The notes beneath the pieces were generated by a model, which was not told the origin of the DNA, did not search any database, and was given only the letters and a program-made list of their open reading frames with translations. From the IMG/VR virus record IMGVR_UViG_3300009790_002509, positions 1-25,930 of that record: a stretch of DNA of 25,930 nucleotides. The stretch is one strand, 5' to 3'. Origin of the DNA: a virus (lineage: Duplodnaviria; Caudoviricetes). This document shows, piece by piece, positions 17,825 to 25,930 of this stretch. The translations under genes and the position numbers were made by a program. Positions within the stretch are counted from its first letter, which is position 1. Each line of letters opens with the position of its first letter.

Positions 17825-18762
17825 TAGTACTTAATAATGAACTCTAAGATCATATAAGGTGATGAAACGTGATTCAAATGCTCTCTGGTATCAGCAGTCA
17901 ACTGACAAGTAGCAGTAGAACCAGAAAAACTAATATCAATCTGAGGTTGTGTAAATTCCAATAAATTTGATGCAGATGAACCACCAAGACTATGAGAATG
18001 ATTTACATCTGCATTACCAGTTGTTTCAATATTAAATGGTGCAGCTACAGCAACCGAAGTTATACCAATTGATGGACCTTGCCATTTGTTATTTCCATAT
18101 TTATCATATTCTGTTAAATTAGTATCAATACCGACTACTGGTGTTTGTGTTATCTTCGGTGCCAAAGCAGAACCTGCACCTGCTCCGTGATCGTGTTCTT
18201 CAATCTGACCAATACCAATAGTTGCAGCAGCAAGACTAGATTGATCTACAGTTAAAATAGGTGATCCCGATGTTGATGATGAAAACTCAGGACAACGAAT
18301 GTATCCAGTATATGAAGTATTTGCACTAGGTTGTACTTGAGCTTTATATCCTATACCAGCACGTTCTACAATACCACCACCACTCATTGCTGTATCACCC
18401 AAAAACTCAGAACCTGCTGAATTACTAGGTTGTAAATGCTTTGCTCCTAAATTAGGAACACAAAATGTACCAGCAGTAAAATTACCATCTGCATCTACTG
18501 TTGGATTTAATAATGAAGTACCAGCAATTCCTGGAGGAAATCTACAAGATGGTATTCCACTACCACCAGCAGAACCTACACCTACAACTCTTGCAAGATC
18601 TGGATAATCAGATGCTTGATACACCTTTCCATCACATCTCAAATAACCGCCAGGAACACGATCCATCTGTTCTCCAGCATTTTGCACATTCCTAGAAAAA
18701 GGAACTATAACTCCTGGTGCTACACCCTGTGCTCCTTTAATAGATGCGTACTGTATTGCCAT
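17824..18762 (-). CDS. Tail-collar-domain protein (short tail fibre-like), 312 aa
   Basis: PGVIVPF...VPGGYLRCDG..Y..SDYPDLA.V+G...FCVPNL; EHDHG and NHSHS; ends in PYMILEFIIKY. Confidence 0.85.
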   Translation of the reverse strand: MAIQYASIKGAQGVAPGVIVPFSRNVQNAGEQMDRVPGGYLRCDGKVYQASDYPDLARVVGVGSAGGSGIPSCRFPPGIAGTSLLNPTVDADGNFTAGTFCVPNLGAKHLQPSNSAGSEFLGDTAMSGGGIVERAGIGYKAQVQPSANTSYTGYIRCPEFSSSTSGSPILTVDQSSLAAATIGIGQIEEHDHGAGAGSALAPKITQTPVVGIDTNLTEYDKYGNNKWQGPSIGITSVAVAAPFNIETTGNADVNHSHSLGGSSASNLLEFTQPQIDISFSGSTATCQLTADTREHLNHVSSPYMILEFIIKY

Positions 18763-19568
18763 TAGAATGCTTTAATGATGTATATTGCTGTTTGATATGG
18801 AGTATTCATTGCCAATTGAGCATTACCTACACCTGGATTATTATTTAGTGCTACTGTACTATTAACATCATCATAATCTCGTACATAAGGTGCTATTTGA
18901 ATACTTCCTCTCTGCACTGTAAATGTTGCTGCTCCGTGAGAATGTGCACCACTAGGAACACCATATCTACCAACAGTCTGACCCATTGGAGCACCTGGAG
19001 GAGAAACTAATGGTTTATCTTGCATATTTCCAGCAAACTGTACACTAACATCACCACCAGACTCAGCACTAGGATTACCAGTGAACTGGTTATTCATAGT
19101 CTGAATAGTATAAGTGTGGTTATGTGATGGTAAATTGTCGTGAGACATTACCCTTGGTTGAACACCTATAGATTGTTGCCATATAGAACCACTTGGTCCA
19201 TTAGATTGTATAGAAGCAGGAGCTGAAAAACTTACTTGTCTATTAGGTCTATCTTCTATTAACCAACTAGCATTCAAAGTTATACTAGTATTAGAACTTC
19301 CACCAGTTGCAGCATCATATGAAGCACCTTTATGAACTGGAACTCTTGAACTGCCATTTAAATTAGGCACAACAAACGTCGAAGATCCAGAACTACCTCC
19401 ATAGGTATATCCAATTACACTAACCAGTGCTGGATAATCATCATCATCATATGTGGTACCATCGCAAGATAGCCATCCAGTAGGAATATCTGTATTCGTA
19501 CCAGTCCAAGACATAATTGTTCCTATAGAGGCATTCTTAAATCCTCTAATTGATGCTAAATTTTTCAT
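18762..19568 (-). CDS. Tail-collar-domain protein (short tail fibre-like), 268 aa
   Basis: IGTIMSWTG...IPTGWLSCDG...DYPALVSVIGYTYGG...FVVPNL; NLPSHNH and AHSHG; ends in PYQTAIYIIKAF. Confidence 0.88.
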   Translation of the reverse strand: MKNLASIRGFKNASIGTIMSWTGTNTDIPTGWLSCDGTTYDDDDYPALVSVIGYTYGGSSGSSTFVVPNLNGSSRVPVHKGASYDAATGGSSNTSITLNASWLIEDRPNRQVSFSAPASIQSNGPSGSIWQQSIGVQPRVMSHDNLPSHNHTYTIQTMNNQFTGNPSAESGGDVSVQFAGNMQDKPLVSPPGAPMGQTVGRYGVPSGAHSHGAATFTVQRGSIQIAPYVRDYDDVNSTVALNNNPGVGNAQLAMNTPYQTAIYIIKAF

Positions 19569-22500
19569 TAGAGTTCAATTAAACGCCAACCAATTGTTGA
19601 TGTAAGATACACAAGACCAAGACCAGCACCAGGAGTTTGTACTAACAACTGCCCTTGAGAATCTCCTTGTATAGGTTTAGATCCATCAGTCTTAATAAGT
19701 ATAGACTTATTATAAGTCAAACTGTCCGTAGTATCAAGTATTCTAATTTCATCACCTTTTGATGCATTATTAGGTAAAGTAAGTTCTAGTGTTGCACCAG
19801 AAAATGTAGTAACATAGTATCTAGTATTGGCTGCTAAAGCAGCATTGGCACTAACCTCAACCCACTTACGACCAGCTGTAGGTGTGAAATATCCTGTAAC
19901 ACCATCGATGTCAATACTACCACCAGTATTAACCTTAAAGAGATTAGTACCGCCGTTATTGATATCTAGTTCACCACCAGCAGAAGAGATGTTCCCACCA
20001 GCGTTGATGCTTCCACCAGCGTTAATGTTACCTTCTACTCCAAGTCCACCATCCTGAATTATAACTGCACCAGTATCTTTGGTTGTTGAGTTAGTGTTAC
20101 TATGAACTACTAATGTACCAGAGTTGTCTGTGTCATTACCAATAATTGTATTACCAGTTGCAGAGTCTACATTGAATGTTACATCATCAGTAATCTCTAA
20201 CTTACTAATAGTAAAGTCATTACCAATAGTCAAAGCACCTGTGTTTTCTAAACGTGCTCTAGGAGCAGCACCTGTGCCAGATCCAACAAAGTCTACACGT
20301 CCAGTCGCATCAACCTTAATCCTAAGATCAGTATCATCATATACTGTTATTAATTCTCCACCACTAATTTCTATCTTAGTAGATCCATTAACCCATAATT
20401 TCTGGGTACCATCTGGAGTTGCCTCACCAATCGATACATTACTGTTAGCATCCATTTGGATACCACCATCAGAATCACCAATACGAGCAGATCCATCTGC
20501 CTTAACTACTAACTTAGCAGTAGAAGCATCATCGAAATGATCATTAGACCATACTTCGTCACCAACTACAAGGTTCTGACCCTGTACAGTGATATAATTA
20601 TTTGCTCTATTAGTGGCATTTTGATCTGCATCTATTCTTAAGTTAGTAGCAGCAGTATCGCTATCTAAACGATACATCTTCAGATTACCACCACGAACAG
20701 TTAGATCCTTAGTAACTGTTAGGTTACCCACCATCTCGTGATTGCCATTACTTAATGCAGTAAAGGTACCATCAATGGTAAGGTGACCACTCTCACGACC
20801 ACCACCAACAGATTCAACAGGAGCAGTTCCAGTTGTCTGCCCACGTACTATTACATCACCACCAACCCAAAGTCCTGTGTTACCAGTAACTTCAGCAGTA
20901 TCACCAGTGTTAATAGAAACACGTCCAACACCATCAGCATCATCATCAAATACACGTAATGTATGTAATCCAGCTGGGTTAAGATTATCACCACCAACCC
21001 ATAAAGAATTCCTAAGGATACCAGAACCTTCAACATCTAATGTTTGCTGTGGAATAACAGTAGCATTAGTAATACGAACATTTCTAAGGTTAATACCTAA
21101 CCTCATATCAGCACCAGGATCATTAGCAGTAGATCCAGAACCTGTAGTATATGTGGTCAGTGCATCAGCACCAATTAGACCCCATTCTCTCCATCCATAC
21201 TCAGCACTTTCACCCGATTGATATCCACCAATTTGTGTATAGATCCAACCTAATGTTGTATTATAATTTTGATTAGCAATTCTATGTGCTTCACCAACTG
21301 TCTGTGTACCACGGAATTCAATCGTACCTTCTTGCTTAAAGTTTTCCGACTGAGGAACAGTCTTATCTGTAGAAGTCTTAATTTGATAGTTAACTCCAGA
21401 GGTTGAATTCCTTCGATTTAATTCCCATACGGCAAACTGTATAGTATTAGGTTTGGTATATGGGTTAAACTCCATATCAGTAGTAGTCAACGTCTCGTCA
21501 ACATCTGGGTTACTGATATTAGCAACACTCTTAATTTTTAAAGCAGGTTCGTCATTAACATCATTAACAAATGGATCTTCTGCTAGAGCTATCTCTACAG
21601 GTGATGTAAAGAATGTGCCACCAAGAGCAGATATCTGGAAATCATTTGTTAGATTAAACTTAACTTTCTTATTAACAGTTAGAGTGTCAATTGTTAGATC
21701 GTTGGTGTTTTCTTCCTCATCTGCATTCTCACCAGCAACACGAAGAACTGAATCATCAATCTTAGTCTCTTCACCAGAGATAGCATTGATTCTCTGGTTA
21801 CCAACGAATAGATCACCGTTAGCATTTAGACCAGAGTAGAATACAACACCACCGTCTTGACGTTTCGCCTGAGAGAAGAGGACTTCATCATCAGATAGAA
21901 CGTATTCCTGCCTAGATGGGAAAGCAGTTGAATAGTTACCTGGACCAAAACCAGTATATTCAAATGTATGGTTACCAGATCTTGCTTGCGAAGGTCGTCT
22001 TAATTCAACATATACTCTACGGTCAGCAACGAAATTACTATCACCCTCAATACCAATTAACCTATCTTCACGAGAAGCAACTGCCTTACCCTCCATCGCT
22101 TCCAATGAAACAGAGATGGTAGATCCAGTTCCAAATCTATCAAGATTGACTAGAATATTTTCCGTAGCTTCTTTTGTAATACTGTTCTTGTTATCATCAG
22201 CAACAACAAGACCGTGAATATAGTTATCAGCAACAGATATAGTTGAGGGAGCATCCTTAACAGTACTACCGTCACCATTGGGGTCAAACCATAATGGATC
22301 ATCAGCAAAGAGTTCTGGATATAATCTTTCTGTTGGATGCCCAAACTTAAAGCTGTTAAATTCAGTTACAGATGGAGAGAAGTCACCACGTAAAGCAGTT
22401 AGGTAGTAAATACCATCCTGTTGATTGTAGATTCTACTACGAAGAGTCTTAACACGATAGATGTAATAAGTGTTATCAATCTCATCATTATCTTCTACTG

Positions 22501-25500
22501 ATACAACCTTATAATCTTTCTGATTACCATCAGTTTCATCTCTAACAAAATCACCAGGTGTTAGTGTATAAACTGGAGCATTACGTATAACATATTGCTT
22601 ACCTAGATCAGTTGCATAATCGGTATAGTCATCTCTACCACCATTTGGCTTCTCTGCCAATATACCAGTAGCAGTTCCACTTGCAAGTATAGTGTTAGTA
22701 CCAGAATCGTAATTGATGTAAGGAAGTAGTGAGAAATCACTCGCTACAACAACATATGTGTTTCCACCTTCAGTATACTGTTTGTGTACACTAGGTAACT
22801 GTCCACTAATAGAAGCACTACTAGAGAAACCAGACCAAGCAACTGAATTACCAGTTACAAAAGCACCACCAGCAACACTGGTTAATTTAAATTCTGTAAG
22901 GATAGTACCAGATGCTAATGCAGTACCAGCAGCTATGTTAGTGTTGATGGTATGATCTACAACTGTTAACTCAATTCTATTAATACCTGCTATTGTCTTC
23001 TGTCTTGCTGATTCAATTGTAAATTTAATACCAGAGTCAGTTACAAGAGACTTACTATTACCAGTTAAATATGGATCGTAATTATAATCACTCTGGATAG
23101 GTAAGAAGTTATTATTACCATCTACAGTAGCATTACCACCATAGAATGTTGGTAGATCTGAAGTACCATCAAGTGCTTCTAAAACTACCTTTTGAGGTCT
23201 GCATCTTCTATTCTCGTCAGTCCTGATCTTAAGGACATAACCGAGCAATGGTTCACGTACGTTATCAACTTCCTTGGGAATGACGTAACGGAGACGGTAG
23301 ATGCGGTCATCTTCCCTGCGTCGATCGTTGATACGCTTGATGTACGTATTTGAGGTTGTAAGGACTTCTTCACTGGTATACTCCGATAAAGTTGAAATGC
23401 GTTGATAAATTTCATTTGGTTGAGTTCCTGTATTAAGAACATTAAGATACCAATGACCACTCTTAAGAGGAGATGCAGTCATTTCTGGGTCATATCTCAA
23501 TGGATGACGAGTATTACAAGAGAAGACATAGACTTCATCTTGACCAGCAATACCTACAGTACCACTAGATGTGATACTATAAGGAACACCACCACCTTGA
23601 ATTGCTAATGTAGCACTTTCAGCAATCTTAAACTTATTAGTATTGTCGCCACTATTGTCATATATGACATAGTACATCTTATTAGAATCTAGTGCTCCAG
23701 GAAGTTGAGATCCAGGCTTAGCACGGAAGAATACAGCTGTTGCTGCCTTAGTAGCAAAACCTTTATCAAATACGTGTGAAGACTCCAATGTAAACTCATT
23801 GGTTGCAGGATCTGCATTAGTAATCTTATACTTATAAGGTGTTGGGAGAACATCAAAGATGAACTGATTCATTTGAATCTGTACACCAGAATTCAAATTT
23901 TCTGGTACATAGATAGCGTTACCAGCAGCTGCATCATCTTCAGATGCTGCTAATAAGAATGTATTTGCATCTTCTGTCGGGAATGTCTGATCTGGTGGTA
24001 CAGGTTGTGTATGACGACCTGGAGCAATAATATAGTAAATTGTATTAGGATCTAATCCCTTAGGAAGACGTACTAACTCATTAGCAATTGTAGGACTGGT
24101 TCTCTTAGGTATTAATCTAACTGGTGCACCTGTATAAAGACCGTGTGCTTCAGGGCAAGTAAATATCGTTGCACGATATGTAACAGTCTCACCTTGTGCA
24201 TTCTGTTCTGATTGCTCTGCTTTTGAAAGAGTTGATATAGTAAAAGTATCAAAACCATTAGGTGATAATTCAGCAGATTTCTCCTGCGGACCTGCCTCAC
24301 CTCCAGCAATATCTGGTTCTAACTTAGAATATATTCTATCATCACGTTTTGATCCAATTTTGTAAGTTTGAAGTATATACGTTGGTGTCTTATCTGGATC
24401 TGCAACATCTGCTGGATCACCTGCTAGGTATACACGTGTCATACCAGACGGTTCCTTTGAAGAAAGGATGTCTATACCGTAATATGGAGGTTCTGTAGTA
24501 TCCTCAAGATCAATAGTCTGTGGAGGAATAATATCAGTAACATATCCGTGCTTATCTTGGAAGAAGGAATATCCTTTATATCCAATAGCATCTAGAGCAG
24601 TATTACCAAAGTTACTGTTACTGTTAGTAATTGAAATGTCAGCACCAGACTCAATTAAGAAGTGATCTGCGAAACCAACAGCGAAAATCGAAACTGCCTG
24701 AATAAAAGCATCATTAGATAGACGAACGTGAGCGTTACGCCACTCATTCTTAAAGTATGCTCTACCATCAGTATGATATGGTGTAGTAGCGAATGAACCA
24801 GTAGATAGTTCTTCTGGATCTGTTACAGCTACGCCATTCCACGCTGAATCAAAAACAGCTGTTTCTTCGTTAAACTTAGTAAATGCTCTATCGTCTTTCT
24901 GTAGTGATACACCAGTATACTGAGCACAAACCATTGATTTGAAACCAGTAACCTTAGATCCATTGGCGTGCATACCGCACAATCCCCAAGTAGATCTAAT
25001 AGACAGGTTGAACATATATGGTGACGCTGAGTCAACAGTGTCAATCTCTGCTTGCACAATAGCATTCTCATTCAACCTGTTAGGTGGTAGAGAAGCACTA
25101 GTATAGGTAGTACCTGAAACTAAAGAAGTAAGAGTCTCATTAACACGATAATAGAATAATGTGTTATCAGCAGGATCTAAACGTGAAATTAAGAATGAAC
25201 CGTGAAGATCATTCGTTAGTCCAGTATCATCAACTGTAACAAATTGTCCAACAAAGTAACCGTGAGGTGCTTTTGTCTTAATTTTAATTTCTGTTGCGTT
25301 ACCACCAAGAGTCTGAGGTGTAACGGCTTCAATAATCTTTTTATCTGATAAAGGACCAACAATTCTATTTTCTAAGTCAGTCTCCTCAATGGCACCATCA
25401 ACGTTAACGTCGGTGACCATATTAACATAGGCATCACCAATCTTATCATAATAAAGTGTTAGATCATCCGCATCAGCAAACTCAAAGTTAGTAATCTTAT

Positions 25501-25930
25501 GGTGTGAGAATGTAGGATTAGCCTTATTTCCTGTAGTGTCGAAATATACCTTCTGCTTACCGTCAAATATAGAGAATTGCCAGAAATAGCATCCACCCGT
25601 TACATTGAATATAGAGGTTGTAGGAATACTAGAATCTGTTGGGTTAGGTACATATAAAGGACGGACTTTAGTCTTTCTCAAGTCCATACCTACTAGAGAA
25701 GTACCTCTAGGGACAATTACACCACCTGTAGTTGAGTTAAACTTATATAAGTCGTTCTGGGAGTTACCTAGGTCAAAGTTAACATTAGAACTAAAATCAG
25801 GTATAGAACTGGCACTTGCTACACCTGGTCTATTGTCAATGTAATGATCGCCTGGTGACAATACAACTGTAAATTCATCAAAACGGTCATTATCTGGTCC
25901 CGATTTATATGAAAAACGTGATACTTCTAA
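19568..25930 (-). CDS. Large conserved cyanomyophage virion/tail fibre protein, 5'-truncated (>2120 aa)
   Basis: The frame is open to the window end (LEVSRFSYKSGPDNDRFDEFTVVLSPGDHYIDNRPG), so the TTG at 25861 is not the start. Motifs GGVIVPRGTSLVGMDLRKTK, SASPYMFN, SITNSNSNFGN and GNHTFEYTGFGPGNYSTAFP are recognisable from large structural proteins of T4-like cyanophages. The C-terminal part has a fibre-type shaft (TGAVII..GGLGV) and an 'LTLP....GDEIRILD...GLVY....GW' end domain. Confidence 0.8.
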   Translation of the reverse strand, partial: LEVSRFSYKSGPDNDRFDEFTVVLSPGDHYIDNRPGVASASSIPDFSSNVNFDLGNSQNDLYKFNSTTGGVIVPRGTSLVGMDLRKTKVRPLYVPNPTDSSIPTTSIFNVTGGCYFWQFSIFDGKQKVYFDTTGNKANPTFSHHKITNFEFADADDLTLYYDKIGDAYVNMVTDVNVDGAIEETDLENRIVGPLSDKKIIEAVTPQTLGGNATEIKIKTKAPHGYFVGQFVTVDDTGLTNDLHGSFLISRLDPADNTLFYYRVNETLTSLVSGTTYTSASLPPNRLNENAIVQAEIDTVDSASPYMFNLSIRSTWGLCGMHANGSKVTGFKSMVCAQYTGVSLQKDDRAFTKFNEETAVFDSAWNGVAVTDPEELSTGSFATTPYHTDGRAYFKNEWRNAHVRLSNDAFIQAVSIFAVGFADHFLIESGADISITNSNSNFGNTALDAIGYKGYSFFQDKHGYVTDIIPPQTIDLEDTTEPPYYGIDILSSKEPSGMTRVYLAGDPADVADPDKTPTYILQTYKIGSKRDDRIYSKLEPDIAGGEAGPQEKSAELSPNGFDTFTISTLSKAEQSEQNAQGETVTYRATIFTCPEAHGLYTGAPVRLIPKRTSPTIANELVRLPKGLDPNTIYYIIAPGRHTQPVPPDQTFPTEDANTFLLAASEDDAAAGNAIYVPENLNSGVQIQMNQFIFDVLPTPYKYKITNADPATNEFTLESSHVFDKGFATKAATAVFFRAKPGSQLPGALDSNKMYYVIYDNSGDNTNKFKIAESATLAIQGGGVPYSITSSGTVGIAGQDEVYVFSCNTRHPLRYDPEMTASPLKSGHWYLNVLNTGTQPNEIYQRISTLSEYTSEEVLTTSNTYIKRINDRRREDDRIYRLRYVIPKEVDNVREPLLGYVLKIRTDENRRCRPQKVVLEALDGTSDLPTFYGGNATVDGNNNFLPIQSDYNYDPYLTGNSKSLVTDSGIKFTIESARQKTIAGINRIELTVVDHTINTNIAAGTALASGTILTEFKLTSVAGGAFVTGNSVAWSGFSSSASISGQLPSVHKQYTEGGNTYVVVASDFSLLPYINYDSGTNTILASGTATGILAEKPNGGRDDYTDYATDLGKQYVIRNAPVYTLTPGDFVRDETDGNQKDYKVVSVEDNDEIDNTYYIYRVKTLRSRIYNQQDGIYYLTALRGDFSPSVTEFNSFKFGHPTERLYPELFADDPLWFDPNGDGSTVKDAPSTISVADNYIHGLVVADDNKNSITKEATENILVNLDRFGTGSTISVSLEAMEGKAVASREDRLIGIEGDSNFVADRRVYVELRRPSQARSGNHTFEYTGFGPGNYSTAFPSRQEYVLSDDEVLFSQAKRQDGGVVFYSGLNANGDLFVGNQRINAISGEETKIDDSVLRVAGENADEEENTNDLTIDTLTVNKKVKFNLTNDFQISALGGTFFTSPVEIALAEDPFVNDVNDEPALKIKSVANISNPDVDETLTTTDMEFNPYTKPNTIQFAVWELNRRNSTSGVNYQIKTSTDKTVPQSENFKQEGTIEFRGTQTVGEAHRIANQNYNTTLGWIYTQIGGYQSGESAEYGWREWGLIGADALTTYTTGSGSTANDPGADMRLGINLRNVRITNATVIPQQTLDVEGSGILRNSLWVGGDNLNPAGLHTLRVFDDDADGVGRVSINTGDTAEVTGNTGLWVGGDVIVRGQTTGTAPVESVGGGRESGHLTIDGTFTALSNGNHEMVGNLTVTKDLTVRGGNLKMYRLDSDTAATNLRIDADQNATNRANNYITVQGQNLVVGDEVWSNDHFDDASTAKLVVKADGSARIGDSDGGIQMDANSNVSIGEATPDGTQKLWVNGSTKIEISGGELITVYDDTDLRIKVDATGRVDFVGSGTGAAPRARLENTGALTIGNDFTISKLEITDDVTFNVDSATGNTIIGNDTDNSGTLVVHSNTNSTTKDTGAVIIQDGGLGVEGNINAGGSINAGGNISSAGGELDINNGGTNLFKVNTGGSIDIDGVTGYFTPTAGRKWVEVSANAALAANTRYYVTTFSGATLELTLPNNASKGDEIRILDTTDSLTYNKSILIKTDGSKPIQGDSQGQLLVQTPGAGLGLVYLTSTIGWRLIEL

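Noticed and set aside
17824-19568. 'Microcystin-dependent protein' label often attached to such proteins
   Set aside because: That label reflects the shared tail-collar domain; the context here is clearly phage tail.
19975-20030. Near-tandem 18-nt repeat encoding NINAGG-SINAGG-NISSAGG
   Set aside because: An ordinary in-frame fibre shaft repeat; not a CRISPR or regulatory array.
814-25844. Many plus-strand ORFs of 60-151 aa (e.g. 9375-9830, 20124-20540, 21453-21839) and short alternative-frame minus ORFs
   Set aside because: All lie within long minus-strand genes. They are antisense or frame shadows produced by Gly/Thr/Val-rich biased codons and show no recognisable motifs.
25859-25861. ORF-track start of the 2097-aa protein
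   Set aside because: The frame stays open to base 25930 with conserved family sequence, so the true start lies outside the window.
1-25930. Diversity-generating retroelement, invertible fibre cassette, intron/intein, CRISPR or tRNA
   Set aside because: I saw no reverse transcriptase, recombinase, homing endonuclease or intein motifs, long nucleotide repeats or cloverleafs by eye, and intergenic gaps are under 40 nt. A self dot-plot would be needed to exclude diverged repeats fully.

Overview
AT-rich window from a T4-like marine cyanomyovirus, resembling Prochlorococcus/Synechococcus myophages. This is inferred from protein families and gene layout; no search was run. All ten real genes lie on the minus strand in one tightly packed tail/baseplate/fibre module. 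In transcription order they are: a >2120-aa conserved cyanophage virion protein (cut at the window end); three tail-collar/short-fibre paralogues with HxH motifs; a 2OG-Fe(II) oxygenase; a tail fibre assembly chaperone; a PKHD/PiuC-type 2OG-Fe(II) hydroxylase; a 3297-aa giant protein; a protein with four FN3-like repeats; and the start of another fibre gene (cut at base 1). The most striking feature is the giant protein. It has an intact subtilisin (S8) protease, followed by what looks like a multi-level nested insertion: a split beta-barrel holds a split YHYH-like domain, which holds Gly-rich stalk repeats and a second YHYH-like domain, which holds a cupredoxin inside another cupredoxin. Four modules keep a complete type-1 copper ligand set (H...CxxHxxM). 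No RNA genes, CRISPR arrays or mobile elements were seen.
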